Shown: positions 1 through 10,052, numbered from the stretch's first letter. The stretch is 64,000 nucleotides of DNA from an uncultured Clostridia bacterium (GCA_934168305.1 CAKPNF010000002.1:98789-162788); one strand, 5' to 3'. Notes: generated from the letters alone by a model not told the origin. Translations and numbers: made by a program.

Positions 1-1
1 A

Positions 2-247
2 AATTTAGGAAAAGACGGAATAAGAGTAAATGCAATATCAGCAGGTCCAATAAAAACATTATCAGCAAAAGGCATAAAAGATTTTAATTCAATATTGACT
101 ATTGTAGAAGAAAAAGCACCTTTACATAGGAATGTAACTACAGAGCAAGTTGGAAATGTAGCAACATTTTTATTAAGCAATATGTCAGATGCGATAACAG
201 GACAAATTATATATGCTGATAGTGGCTATAATATTATGGGAGTTTAA
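2..247 (+). CDS. fabI: Enoyl-ACP reductase (FabI-type) C-terminal fragment; the gene runs off the 5' edge of the window
   Basis: The frame-2 translation reads NLGKDGIRVNAISAGPIKTLSAKGIKDF...GQIIYADSGYNIMGV and stops at 245-247. This matches the SDR-type FabI C-terminus. It lies upstream of fabG-acpP. Confidence 0.65.
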   Translation, partial: NLGKDGIRVNAISAGPIKTLSAKGIKDFNSILTIVEEKAPLHRNVTTEQVGNVATFLLSNMSDAITGQIIYADSGYNIMGV

Positions 248-277
248 TAAAAAAATGTAGTAAGGAGAGGATGATAA

Positions 278-1018
278 ATGTTAAAAGGAAAAGTAGCAGT
301 TATAACAGGAGGTACTAGAGGAATAGGATTTGCAACTGCAAAAAAATTTCTAGAAAATGAAGCAAAAATAGTTTTACTTGGATCTAAACAAGAAACAGTA
401 GAAAAAGCGATAAAAGAATTAAAACAAATAAATTCATCTTACGAGGTGATAGGGTTTTACCCAAATTTATCAAGCAAAGAAGAAATGAATGAAGTGTTTA
501 AAAAAGTAAAAGAAATATATGGTCGCATTGATATATTAATTAATAATGCTGGTATTTCTTCTAAAACTAAAATAGAAGATTATAGTGAAGAAGAATATGA
601 TAAGATTACTAATTTGAATATAAAATCAGTTTTTAACTGTTCAAAGCAAATAATACCATATTTAAAAGAAACAAAAGGTGTGATTTTAAATACAAGCTCT
701 ATGGTAAGCATTTATGGACAACCAAGTGGAGTAATGTATCCTACTACTAAATTTGCAGTTAATGGGATAACTAAATCTTTAGCTCGAGAATTAGCACCAC
801 AAGGAATTAGAGTAAACGCAGTAGCACCAGGAATTATTAATACAGATATGGTAGCAAAGTTACCTAAGGAAATAATAGAACCATTAATAAAAACTATACC
901 ATTTGGCAGAATTGGAGAACCAGAGGATATTGCAAATGCGTTTTTGTTTTTATCAAGTAATTTATCAAGTTATATTACAGGGGTAGTCTTATCTGTAGAT
1001 GGACTGGCAAGAAGTTAA
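278..1018 (+). CDS. fabG: 3-oxoacyl-ACP reductase (SDR family)
   Basis: An N-terminal TGGTRGIG Rossmann motif and a YPTTK (YxxxK) active site are present. The gene sits directly upstream of acpP in a fab cluster. Confidence 0.85.
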   Translation: MLKGKVAVITGGTRGIGFATAKKFLENEAKIVLLGSKQETVEKAIKELKQINSSYEVIGFYPNLSSKEEMNEVFKKVKEIYGRIDILINNAGISSKTKIEDYSEEEYDKITNLNIKSVFNCSKQIIPYLKETKGVILNTSSMVSIYGQPSGVMYPTTKFAVNGITKSLARELAPQGIRVNAVAPGIINTDMVAKLPKEIIEPLIKTIPFGRIGEPEDIANAFLFLSSNLSSYITGVVLSVDGLARS

Positions 1019-1052
1019 AAAATAAAATAAAGAAATCAAGGAGGAAATTATT

Positions 1053-1292
1053 ATGTCAGAAAAAGAAATTTTTCAAAAATTAAAAACTATAGTAGTAGAT
1101 CAATTAGGAGTAAATGAAGAAAATGTAACAATGGAGGCAACTTTTGTTGATGATTTAGCAGCAGATTCTTTAGACATTGTTGAATTAGTAATGACTATAG
1201 AGGAAGAATTTGATTTAGAAATTCCTGATAGTGATGCTGAAAAAATTGTTACAATAGGTGATGTTGTTAAATATATAGAAGAACATAAATAG
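1053..1292 (+). CDS. acpP: Acyl carrier protein
   Basis: The protein is 79 aa with the [10 protein letters not shown] phosphopantetheine attachment motif. The RBS is AAGGAGG. Confidence 0.9.
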   Translation: MSEKEIFQKLKTIVVDQLGVNEENVTMEATFVDDLAADSLDIVELVMTIEEEFDLEIPDSDAEKIVTIGDVVKYIEEHK

Positions 1293-1315
1293 AATGTGAA
1301 AAAGAAAGGAAAACT

Positions 1316-2374
1316 ATGGAAGGAATAAAAGTAGGAAATAAAAAATCAAAATATCCTATTATTCAAGGAGGAATGGGTGTAGGAGTTTCTATGCACAATT
1401 TAGCTGGTAATGTAAGTAAGGAAGGTGGCATTGGAATAATTTCAACAGCAGATATTGGATATCAAGAGGCAGATTTTAATAAAAATCCGTTGAAAGCAAA
1501 TTTAAGAGCAATAGGAAATGAAATAAAAAAGGCAAGAGAAATTGCAGGAGAAGATAAGATAATTGGTGTAAATATAATGGTAGCTTTAAAAGATTATGCA
1601 GAAATTGTCAAAGAATGTGTAAAACAAAAAATTGACTTGATTATATCTGGTGCAGGAATTCCAAAAGAATTACCTGAATATGTAAAAGAATCTAAAACAA
1701 AAATTGCACCAATAGTATCATCTTTAAGATGTTGTAAGCTAATAGTAAAACATTGGATAAAAAAATATAATTATGTTCCAGACATGATAGTTATTGAAGG
1801 ACCAGAAGCTGGTGGACATTTGGGATTTAAAAGAGAAGAATTAGAAGAAGATACTAAACCAAAATTAGAAAATATAACTAAGGAAATTGTTGACTACATA
1901 AATGAGGTAGAAAAAGAAACAGGAAAGGATATTCCAGTAATTGCGGCAGGTGGAATATGGGATTCTACAGATATTAAAAAATTTTTGAATTTAGGAGCAA
2001 GTGGAGTACAAATGGCCACAAGGTTTGTTGCAACAAATGAGTGTGATGCTTCAATAGAATTTAAAAAAACTTATGTAAATGCTAAAGCTGAAGATATTAA
2101 GATAATTAATAGTCCTGTTGGAATGCCAGGAAGAGCTATATGCAATAACTTTATTAAAAGAGTAGAAAAAGAAAAATGCAAAATAGATAAATGTTATAAT
2201 TGCATTAAAACCTGTAATGTAATAAATAGTCCATACTGCATTACAAAAGTATTAATAAATTCTGTAAAAGGAAAAACAGATAATGGATTAATTTTTTGTG
2301 GTAGTAATGTTAGTAAAATAAAAGAAATTGTTTCAGTCAAATGTTTAATGCAGGAATTGGTTTGTGAATTGTAG
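1316..2374 (+). CDS. fabK: FabK-like enoyl-ACP reductase II / nitronate monooxygenase (NPD) family flavoprotein, with an extra Cys-rich C-terminus
   Basis: The N-terminus is IIQGGMGVGVS and the core is GGHLGF...IPVIAAGGIWD, the TIM-barrel FMN signature. It follows acpP directly. The C-terminal 60 aa carry CKIDKCYNCIKTCNVINSPYC. Confidence 0.7.
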   Translation: MEGIKVGNKKSKYPIIQGGMGVGVSMHNLAGNVSKEGGIGIISTADIGYQEADFNKNPLKANLRAIGNEIKKAREIAGEDKIIGVNIMVALKDYAEIVKECVKQKIDLIISGAGIPKELPEYVKESKTKIAPIVSSLRCCKLIVKHWIKKYNYVPDMIVIEGPEAGGHLGFKREELEEDTKPKLENITKEIVDYINEVEKETGKDIPVIAAGGIWDSTDIKKFLNLGASGVQMATRFVATNECDASIEFKKTYVNAKAEDIKIINSPVGMPGRAICNNFIKRVEKEKCKIDKCYNCIKTCNVINSPYCITKVLINSVKGKTDNGLIFCGSNVSKIKEIVSVKCLMQELVCEL

Positions 2375-2403
2375 TGTTAGAACATGTGGTGTAATACGCA
2401 TAA

Positions 2404-2580
2404 TTATCTAAAAAAAACAATAATGTTAGAAAAAATAACAACCAAAACAGAAAAGCAAATAATAGCAATACCACCTGATTTATTATTTTCTGAATTAATT
2501 TCATATATACCGTAAAAAATCGTTTTAATTAAAATAAATATGGATACAACAATAAATGTAAAATGATAAATTAAATTCAT
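2404..2580 (-). CDS. Small two-TM membrane protein (hypothetical), downstream of the ger operon
   Basis: A GGAGG RBS sits 5 nt upstream of the ATG at 2580. The 58 aa protein is strongly hydrophobic. The six-frame track extends it to a TTG at 2610 that lies inside the RBS. Confidence 0.35.
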   Translation of the reverse strand: MNLIYHFTFIVVSIFILIKTIFYGIYEINSENNKSGGIAIICFSVLVVIFSNIIVFFR

Positions 2581-2608
2581 ATAAACCTCCACTATAGAAA
2601 ATAGAATC

Positions 2609-2669
2609 AAGGATTATCACTTATATGATATTAAAAAGTTTAAGTGATATCCTTAAATTTTTTATTTTT
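2609..2669 (+). terminator. Hairpin AAGGATTATCACTTA...TAAGTGATATCCTT followed by a T-run
   Basis: A 14 bp inverted repeat with a 17 nt loop is followed by TTTTTTATTTTT. It lies between gerAC and the small ORF. Confidence 0.4.
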
Positions 2670-2677
2670 GCTTATTT

Positions 2678-3901
2678 TTAAGTCTGTGTTAATAAAAATC
2701 CAGAATCAATAACAGTATTAATATCAACATTAAAAGTTGAATTACTATAATTTTTTGCCCAATTATAGTTATTAAATTCTGTAGTTGTAGTAAAACTAGG
2801 AATTGCATATTCTCCGAACCCATTTATATCGCTTTTAAAAGTAGTAGAAGTTTTATACAGGTATTTAGTAATTTGACTTTCCAAATATTTATTGCATGAA
2901 TTTGAAATCAAATTCAAAACATCAATATTAAGATATTGAGAATCTTTTTTCATAGAATAAATCTTACCTGAAAATTCTAATTTTATATTTATATGTGGAG
3001 AACCATTAACAAAATCAACATTTATATTATGAGTACTATTTGGTGTTAAATAAACATCAATTTTTGAGTTTTCTTCTTGAGGGTTTGGAACAGATATAAG
3101 AAAATTGTTAACTTTTTTTCTTATACATAAAAAACAAATAGTTTCCATAGCATTTAATTCCCCAACAAGTTTATCATCTTTAAAAACGGAAAGACCAATA
3201 TTTTGAGAAGATCTATTACCAGCTATTGAATTTTCGTTTGTTTTTATAGTGGTGTCATCTGTCATTTGAGATTCATAAGAATTACTTGAGGAAGTTTTTA
3301 CTCCGCCCAATATTGCATAAGGAGAGTCATAGCTACAAACTAAAGCATTAAAAAAATCACCTATAGTTGCATTACAAGTATATCCTGTATATTCACTAGT
3401 ATTAGGGAATATATCATAATATTTTGGAATTAAACTTTCTAAACTTGGAATAGAATTTTTAATATAATATTTAGTGTTACATTTGCTAATAACGATATTT
3501 GCTGAAGGTCGTACCTGAACATCATTTATTAATGAATAAATCTCTTTAGATATTCCTTCTTTTGCTATTTCTTCTGAGAAAACAAATAATTTACAATGAG
3601 AAAGATTAACTTTTTTTCCTAGGTATGCATTCATTATATTTATTGCATTTGTTATGGAAGAACATACAACACTATTAAGTACAGGCTTTGCTTCAGAAGC
3701 ATTTTCACCACTTGGTGAAGTCGATAAAAATTCAAAAGTGATTTCTAATTTATCTGATGAAGATTTGTCAATGCCAAGTGCTACGGCAAATGCACAATTG
3801 CTTATATTAAGTGAATTATATGACGGAGAAAAACTAGAAATAAATATAATGATTAATACTATAATAAAAATTTTTTTAAATATATTAGTTATCTTTAACA
3901 C
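2678..3901 (-). CDS. Spore germination protein, Ger(x)C family lipoprotein
   Basis: A lipoprotein signal peptide with Cys (LNISNCAF) is present. The ~400 aa length and position (third gene of a gerA-type operon) fit. The start overlaps gerAB by 17 bp. Confidence 0.7.
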   Translation of the reverse strand: MLKITNIFKKIFIIVLIIIFISSFSPSYNSLNISNCAFAVALGIDKSSSDKLEITFEFLSTSPSGENASEAKPVLNSVVCSSITNAINIMNAYLGKKVNLSHCKLFVFSEEIAKEGISKEIYSLINDVQVRPSANIVISKCNTKYYIKNSIPSLESLIPKYYDIFPNTSEYTGYTCNATIGDFFNALVCSYDSPYAILGGVKTSSSNSYESQMTDDTTIKTNENSIAGNRSSQNIGLSVFKDDKLVGELNAMETICFLCIRKKVNNFLISVPNPQEENSKIDVYLTPNSTHNINVDFVNGSPHINIKLEFSGKIYSMKKDSQYLNIDVLNLISNSCNKYLESQITKYLYKTSTTFKSDINGFGEYAIPSFTTTTEFNNYNWAKNYSNSTFNVDINTVIDSGFLLTQT

Positions 3902-5009
3902 CTGCCCTTCTTTTTTTTAAATTAGCTATAGTTAATATTGATATACCTAAAATAAAACCTATAGCAATCTGAAAATATCTATAAATATGTGTTTCAAAAA
4001 AATTAGATATAGCATAATTTTTAGGAAGCAAAGCTATTCCAAAAATTAGCATTGCAAAAATATTCAGGGTAGGTTTTATATCACATAAATTAAACATTTT
4101 ATTGAAAATATGTGCAGAAAATTTGCAAATTAAACTTAAATAGCAACAAAAAGATATTATCCAAATTAATAGAAATATTGACTCGAATCTTTGAAAAAAT
4201 GAGCCAAATTCTATATGCCTAGCAGCTGAGAATAGTGGTATTATTTCATCTGTTGTTATAAAAAAAGAAAACATTAAAAGTAAAGTTGCTACACACAATA
4301 ATATAAATGCCCCTGTAAAAATAACGGATATAATAGCAATTTTTTTGAATTTTTTAGGTTCTTTTAGCATGGGCGGTAAAAAATATATATAACATACGCC
4401 ACCAAATGCACCTATATTTCTCAACCCTAAAATAAAAGTATTATAAGCACTATCACCACAAATAGGAAAAATTCGTTTAAAAGAAAAATTATCTATATTA
4501 CCACAAAATAATAATATTACACTTATTGATACAATAGGAAATACAATTGATGTTGCGTTTAAAGAGGAATTAAAACTTAAAGTATTTACTAAAGCAATAG
4601 AAATAATAAACATTAAAACAATAAATACATAATTTGTCAATGAATAATATACAACGCCTAATCCTTCACAGAAATTTCTTAACATTATACTTGAACTTAT
4701 AATGAAATAAGATATAAAAAAACTACCAATAATATTTTTAAAAATATTACCACCTAAAAATTTTGAAATGTCTAAAATATCTAAGCCAGGAAAATTTTTA
4801 AATAATTTACAAATTAACAAAACTAAAATTAAAACGATTGCTGTTACATAAATTATATTTAATAAGGTAGCAGATTTGATTTCATTTATAAAGGTTCTTG
4901 GTAAAGAACTTGTAATGTATGAGATTACAATAGAAAGTGTGAGTATAATAGTACTTATTGTACTGAGTTTTTCATGTTCCATGTTTGTTAATTCACCTCC
5001 TTTTTCCAT
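3885..5009 (-). CDS. Spore germination protein, GerAB/GerKB family (amino-acid-permease-like integral membrane protein)
   Basis: The protein has about 10 predicted TM helices and is ~370 aa. It lies between the GerAA and GerAC homologues. Its start overlaps the gerAA stop. Confidence 0.7.
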   Translation of the reverse strand: MEKGGELTNMEHEKLSTISTIILTLSIVISYITSSLPRTFINEIKSATLLNIIYVTAIVLILVLLICKLFKNFPGLDILDISKFLGGNIFKNIIGSFFISYFIISSSIMLRNFCEGLGVVYYSLTNYVFIVLMFIISIALVNTLSFNSSLNATSIVFPIVSISVILLFCGNIDNFSFKRIFPICGDSAYNTFILGLRNIGAFGGVCYIYFLPPMLKEPKKFKKIAIISVIFTGAFILLCVATLLLMFSFFITTDEIIPLFSAARHIEFGSFFQRFESIFLLIWIISFCCYLSLICKFSAHIFNKMFNLCDIKPTLNIFAMLIFGIALLPKNYAISNFFETHIYRYFQIAIGFILGISILTIANLKKRRAGVKDN

Positions 5010-6691
5010 TTCATAGAAATATTCTTTTGTTTCTTTTCCATTTTGGTAGCTAAATATGGAGCTCTATATTCTCTTTTCCATATAGGTGGAAGTAAAAGAC
5101 CGGTTCTCTTTAAATTTTTTATACTAGAATATGGAATAGAGTAAGATACTCCGAAAGATTCCATATTACATATTATCGATAGATAAACAAAAAGTCCGGT
5201 TCCAATTCCTAAAAATCCAGCAATATACCCAAGAAAAACAAATAAAAATCTAAATACTCTTAAATGAAAGCTAAAACCATAATCAGGAATAGCAAAGGAA
5301 CTTAATGCAGTTATTGCAACTATAATAATTAATATTGGACTAACAATACCAGCACCTACAGCAGCTTGACCTATAACTATTGCACCAACAATACCAATTG
5401 TTGAGCCTATAGCAGAAGGAACTCTAAGACTAGCTTCTCTTATAATTTCAAAGGATACTTCCATTATAAGTATTTCAAATATAATAGGAAAAGGTACATT
5501 TTCTCTTGCAGCCAAAATAGAATAAAGTAATTCTGTTGGTAATATTTCTATATGAAAGCTAGTTAATGCAACATATAAACATGGTAATAGAAGAGCAAAA
5601 AATGTACAAATTACTCTTAGGCATCTTAAAAAGTTTGCAAATATACTTTTTAAATTTCTATCTTCTGGAGAAGTTAAAAAATCAATCATAATTGCTGGAA
5701 GAATTAATGCAAAAGGGGAACCATTTATTAAAACAATAACTCTACCTTCTAAAAGATGCTGCGCTGCGTTGTCTGGTCTTTCAGTAGATAGAGCTTTTGG
5801 AAGTCCCAAAGCGCTATTATCACTTATTAATTGTTCCAATTGTCCTGCTGAAAGAACTGAATCTACATCCACATTATTTATTCGATATTTAACTTCTGCA
5901 ACCAAATCATCATTTGCAATATTTTGCATATAGCATACTGCACATTTCGTTTTTGTCAATTTTCCAACTTCTAAGTTTTCAACAACTAAGTTTTCGTTAT
6001 TTGTAAAGCGTCTTATTAAAGATGTATTTGTACGAATGTTTTCAACAAAAGCTTCGTGGGATCCTTTTATAACAATCTCATTCTCTGGTTTATCAATACT
6101 TCTTTGTTTGAAACCTTTTACATCAATATCAAAAGCAGAATCAAGAGTATCAATAAAAAGAGCACAATTACCAGAATTAACTCCTAAAAAAATATCGTTA
6201 AAAGAAGATTGAAGTTCTATATTATTTTGAGGAATCAAACAAGTTTGAACATAGTCAACTAGGTTAATTTTTTTTACTTTTCTAATTGTAACATTATTTG
6301 TGACTGATTCGGAAATGATATTTGATTGTTGATTTTTTAAAAAATTATTCTGATTTCTCATCATTAATGGTTTTAAAACAAAATCGTTTAATATTTGTGA
6401 ATCAACCATTCCATCAATATAAAGTAAAAATGCTTTAAACTGTTTTCCTTTTGCATTTAAAATAAATTCACGGGTTATAACATCACTGTTGATTAAAAGA
6501 TTATATTTAGTTTTTATATAATCTAAAGTTTTATTTATATCAGTAAAAACATTTTGAGATTTGTTAAAAGTAGTCTCATTATTTTGAGTTGAAGTATCTT
6601 TATTATTTATAGTACTATCTGGTAAAGTAAAATGATATGAATCATTTTGGGTATAACCAAAAGCTTTTGTTAGAATATCTTTTATTTTCAT
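4988..6691 (-). CDS. Spore germination protein, GerAA/GerKA family
   Basis: The hydrophilic N-domain is followed by a C-terminal multi-TM region with a PFPIIFEIL...GIVGAIVIGQAAV-type GerA signature. The likely start is the ATG at 6691 (MKIKDIL), which has a GAGGAG RBS. Confidence 0.8.
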   Translation of the reverse strand: MKIKDILTKAFGYTQNDSYHFTLPDSTINNKDTSTQNNETTFNKSQNVFTDINKTLDYIKTKYNLLINSDVITREFILNAKGKQFKAFLLYIDGMVDSQILNDFVLKPLMMRNQNNFLKNQQSNIISESVTNNVTIRKVKKINLVDYVQTCLIPQNNIELQSSFNDIFLGVNSGNCALFIDTLDSAFDIDVKGFKQRSIDKPENEIVIKGSHEAFVENIRTNTSLIRRFTNNENLVVENLEVGKLTKTKCAVCYMQNIANDDLVAEVKYRINNVDVDSVLSAGQLEQLISDNSALGLPKALSTERPDNAAQHLLEGRVIVLINGSPFALILPAIMIDFLTSPEDRNLKSIFANFLRCLRVICTFFALLLPCLYVALTSFHIEILPTELLYSILAARENVPFPIIFEILIMEVSFEIIREASLRVPSAIGSTIGIVGAIVIGQAAVGAGIVSPILIIIVAITALSSFAIPDYGFSFHLRVFRFLFVFLGYIAGFLGIGTGLFVYLSIICNMESFGVSYSIPYSSIKNLKRTGLLLPPIWKREYRAPYLATKMEKKQKNISMKWKKEVN

Positions 6692-6794
6692 AGTTGGTCT
6701 CCTCACTGAACTGTAAATATTAAATCTAGTATTGGCAAAAAAAATGAAAATATACTAGTTTTTAACAATTAAAAATGTTATAATAAAGTTATAT

Positions 6795-7934
6795 ATGCAC
6801 GAAAGAGAGTGGATGAAAATGAAAACAAAAATAAAATCATTCATAATGACAACAGTAACAATATTAATAATATCAATTTTAGGCATTTTAGGAATATTAA
6901 TATATAATGAAATAACAAAAAGTAATATAGTAGGTGAAGTTCAGGACTTTGTATCTAATATAACAATATCAAGTGGAGAAATAGATGGAAATATAAAAAA
7001 TCAAGAGATAATAAAAGACACAAAAGAAACACTATTATATAACGAAGAAGATATAAATGTTGTAGAAGGCAATAAAGTAGAAAAATATTTTTATAATCAA
7101 TTAGATGAATATTCTAAAATAATATACAAAGAAATAGAGAAAAACAAAGATAATATGAAAACAGGGGTATATCAAATAAATCTTGGAACTGGATTTTCAT
7201 CACTACTTTCTCAAGATAATGGAGAAAAAGCACTAGGGGATTGTTATCAATCTGCAATTGAAGCATTTTCATATGATAATCCTGATGTATTTTATATAGA
7301 GTTTTCAAAATTATATTTAAATATTGAAACTACAACAAAAGGAAATAAAAAAACATATAAAGTGTTTATTAATTCAGGAGAAAATGAAAATTACTTAACA
7401 AGTGGATTAACATCTCAAAAGATAAAAGAAGAATTAAATGAAATAGAAAAGATAAAATTATATTTTACAAACAATAAAAAAAGTAATACATATGAAAACG
7501 TAAAAATGGTACATGATTATTTAGTAGATAGTATAGAATATGATCAAACAATATCTCAAGCCAATATATATGATATATATGGTGCGCTAATAAATAAAAA
7601 AAGCGTTTGTGAAGGATATGCAAAAGCTTTTAAATATCTAATGGATTCAATAAATATACCATGTGTGACAGTATCTGGAAAAGGAACAAATTCAGAAGGA
7701 AATACAGAAAATCATGCATGGAATTATGTACGAATAAATGGAATGTGGTATGCCGTAGATTGCACATGGGATGACCCTATTTTAATAGGATCAGGATATT
7801 TAAGTAACTCATTAAAATATAAATATTTTCTTAAAGGTGAAGATGAATTTAATAAATCACATACACCAAATGGACAGTTTACAGAAAGTGGAAAAATATT
7901 TGAATATCCAAATTTAAGTAAAGAAAATTATTAA
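6795..7934 (+). CDS. Transglutaminase-like (Cys-His-Asp) domain membrane protein
   Basis: An N-terminal TM segment is present. The core is CEGYAKAFKYLMDSINIPC...HAWNYV...DCTWD, the transglutaminase-like cysteine protease core. The start may instead be 6813 or 6819. Confidence 0.7.
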   Translation: MHEREWMKMKTKIKSFIMTTVTILIISILGILGILIYNEITKSNIVGEVQDFVSNITISSGEIDGNIKNQEIIKDTKETLLYNEEDINVVEGNKVEKYFYNQLDEYSKIIYKEIEKNKDNMKTGVYQINLGTGFSSLLSQDNGEKALGDCYQSAIEAFSYDNPDVFYIEFSKLYLNIETTTKGNKKTYKVFINSGENENYLTSGLTSQKIKEELNEIEKIKLYFTNNKKSNTYENVKMVHDYLVDSIEYDQTISQANIYDIYGALINKKSVCEGYAKAFKYLMDSINIPCVTVSGKGTNSEGNTENHAWNYVRINGMWYAVDCTWDDPILIGSGYLSNSLKYKYFLKGEDEFNKSHTPNGQFTESGKIFEYPNLSKENY

Positions 7935-7962
7935 ATAGATAATGAAAAAGGAGAAATAAAAG

Positions 7963-8862
7963 ATGTCATTAAAAGATAAAATACCAAATAAAATGCCTAG
8001 TTTACCAAATTTTTCAAAAATTGGAACAAGTAAAATAAAAGTATATGCATTTGTAGGACCATCAGGGACAGGAAAAAGTTATAGAGCACAAATGGTAGCA
8101 AGTGAAAAAAACATAAAATTTATAATAGATGATGGTCTTCTTATAATGGACAATAAAGTAATTGCAGGTGAGTCAGCTAAAAAAGCTCCAACAAAAATAG
8201 AAACAGTAAAACATGCATTATTTTATAAAGAAGAAGAAAAACAAGAAATAATAAAAGCATTAAAAAAATATAAACCAGAGAGTATATTAATATTAGGAAC
8301 ATCTGATGGAATGGTACAAAAAATAGCAGCTAATTTAGGATTACCAGAAATATCTGATACAACTTATATATCAGATGTAGCAACACAAGGAGAAATGGAG
8401 ACGGCAAGAAGAATAAGGGTAACAGAAGGGAAACATGTAATACCAGTACCAACATTTGAAATAAAAAAAGATTTTTCTGGATATTTATTAGATCCCCTTC
8501 AAATATTCAAAACAAAAGGAAGAGGAAATCAACCATATATATCAGAGAAATCAATTATAAGACCAACATTTAGTTATTTAGGAAATTTTACAATTTCAGA
8601 TACGGTATTTAGACAAATATTAGAATATTTAGCATCAAAAACATTAGGAATATATAAAGTTCAAAAAATAAGAGTAGACAATTTTGGTGAAGGTGTAAAA
8701 ATACATATGGAAGTTACCATAGTATATGGTTTCAATTTGATTGATGGAATTAATGAGTTTAAAAACAAGGCTAAAAAAGAAATAGAAAAATTAACTGCTA
8801 TGAATGTTGAAGAATTTGAAGTTGTAATTAAGAATATATATGTTCCAGAGAAGGGAGAATAA
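7963..8862 (+). CDS. P-loop NTPase domain fused to an Asp23/Gls24-family domain (hypothetical)
   Basis: A Walker A motif GPSGTGKS is at the N-terminus. The C-terminus (FTISDTVFRQILEYLAS...GVKIHMEVTIVYGFNLIDGINEFKNKAKKEIEKLTAMNVEEFEVVIKNIYV) matches the Asp23 / alkaline-shock-protein pattern. Confidence 0.6.
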   Translation: MSLKDKIPNKMPSLPNFSKIGTSKIKVYAFVGPSGTGKSYRAQMVASEKNIKFIIDDGLLIMDNKVIAGESAKKAPTKIETVKHALFYKEEEKQEIIKALKKYKPESILILGTSDGMVQKIAANLGLPEISDTTYISDVATQGEMETARRIRVTEGKHVIPVPTFEIKKDFSGYLLDPLQIFKTKGRGNQPYISEKSIIRPTFSYLGNFTISDTVFRQILEYLASKTLGIYKVQKIRVDNFGEGVKIHMEVTIVYGFNLIDGINEFKNKAKKEIEKLTAMNVEEFEVVIKNIYVPEKGE

Positions 8863-8863
8863 G

Positions 8864-9460
8864 ATGAAAGATATTTTAAAATCAATAGGTAGAGGGATTG
8901 TAAAAGGTGCAATTTGGATTTATTGTAAAATAGTATATAGATTTGAGGTAATAGGAAAAGAAAATATACCAAAAGAGGGTCCTATAATTATATGTGGAAA
9001 TCACAGAAGTTTTTTAGATCCACCATTAATGGAAGTAACAACAGGTAGATATACTAGATTTTTAGCAAAAGAAGAATTAACAAAAAATAAATTTTTAGCG
9101 TTTTTAGGTTATGTATTTGATGCAATATTAGTGAAGAGAGATTCAAAAGAGGTTATTGCACTTAAGGAATCTTTGAAAACTTTAAAGAATGGGGATTGTT
9201 TAGCTTTATTTCCAGAAGGAACAAGAAATGGCTTAGCAAAAGGTGAAAAAGTCAAAGATGGTGCAGCATTTTTTGCTGTAAGAAGCGGTGCACCTGTTGT
9301 ACCTTGTGGTATTAAAGGCGGAGAAAAAGGAAAAAGAAAAGTTACTATTACTTATGGAAAACCTTTAGATTTTAGTGAGTATAAAGGTAGCAAAGATAAA
9401 GAAGTTCTTGATAAGGTTACTGAGGAAATTATGAACAATATTATTGAACTTACAAAATAA
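8864..9460 (+). CDS. plsC: 1-acyl-sn-glycerol-3-phosphate acyltransferase
   Basis: The NHRSFLDPP (HxxxxD) and FPEGTR acyltransferase motifs are present. The ATG at 8864 follows an AGGGAG RBS. Confidence 0.8.
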   Translation: MKDILKSIGRGIVKGAIWIYCKIVYRFEVIGKENIPKEGPIIICGNHRSFLDPPLMEVTTGRYTRFLAKEELTKNKFLAFLGYVFDAILVKRDSKEVIALKESLKTLKNGDCLALFPEGTRNGLAKGEKVKDGAAFFAVRSGAPVVPCGIKGGEKGKRKVTITYGKPLDFSEYKGSKDKEVLDKVTEEIMNNIIELTK

Positions 9461-9512
9461 AATTGTATTTTTTAATAGAAAATTAGTGGAGATAATTTTT
9501 TTTAAAAGGTAT

Positions 9513-9547
9513 AAATAGTAAGTTGTTGTTGAGGTTAGATTTCTAAT
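9513..9547 (+). repeat. Direct repeat copy 1 (AAATAGTAAGTTGTTGTTGAGGTTAGATTT) upstream of the GNAT gene
   Basis: About 30 of 34 positions are identical to the copy at 10095-10129. The two copies bracket the GNAT ORF. Confidence 0.5.
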
Positions 9548-9572
9548 TATATAAAGAAAGGTTGAAAAATAA

Positions 9573-10052
9573 GTGATTGAAATAGTAGAATATAAGAATG
9601 AATATGCAAAAGATTTGTCAGAAATAATACTAGATAATATGTATAAAATTAATATTAAAGAGCATGGAAAAGATATAATAGATAGAATTTCAAAGTATTT
9701 TACGGAAGATGAAATAAAGAAAAATTTTCCACAAAGAACTAAATGCTTAGTAGCATTAAAAAATGAGAAGGTTGTTGGTACAGCAAGTATTGATCGATAT
9801 AAAGGTGATAAAACAGGAAAAAAGTACATTGTATTAACAGTATTTGTAAAAATAAAAAATCATCGACAAGGAATAGGAAAAGAATTAATTGAAAATATAG
9901 AAAAAATTGCAGTAAATGTTGGGTGTAAGGAGCTAGTAATACCTTCTTCTGTTTACGCTTGTGAATTTTACCGTAAATTTGGATTTGATTATCTAGATGG
10001 AAAGAAAATTCAAAATGAAGATAAGGAATATATTTTAACAAAAAAATATTAA
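9573..10052 (+). CDS. GNAT family N-acetyltransferase
   Basis: Motif A (HRQGIGKELIENIE) and a GNAT fold pattern are present. The start is a GTG. Confidence 0.75.
   Translation: MIEIVEYKNEYAKDLSEIILDNMYKINIKEHGKDIIDRISKYFTEDEIKKNFPQRTKCLVALKNEKVVGTASIDRYKGDKTGKKYIVLTVFVKIKNHRQGIGKELIENIEKIAVNVGCKELVIPSSVYACEFYRKFGFDYLDGKKIQNEDKEYILTKKY

Noticed and set aside
3654-3920. An 88 aa plus-strand ORF overlapping gerAC/gerAB.
   Set aside because: It is fully embedded in and antisense to the ger operon, with no RBS.
9365-9829. A 154 aa minus-strand ORF overlapping the plsC end and the GNAT gene.
   Set aside because: It is antisense to two recognisable genes and spans their intergenic repeat. It has hydrophobic low-complexity composition.
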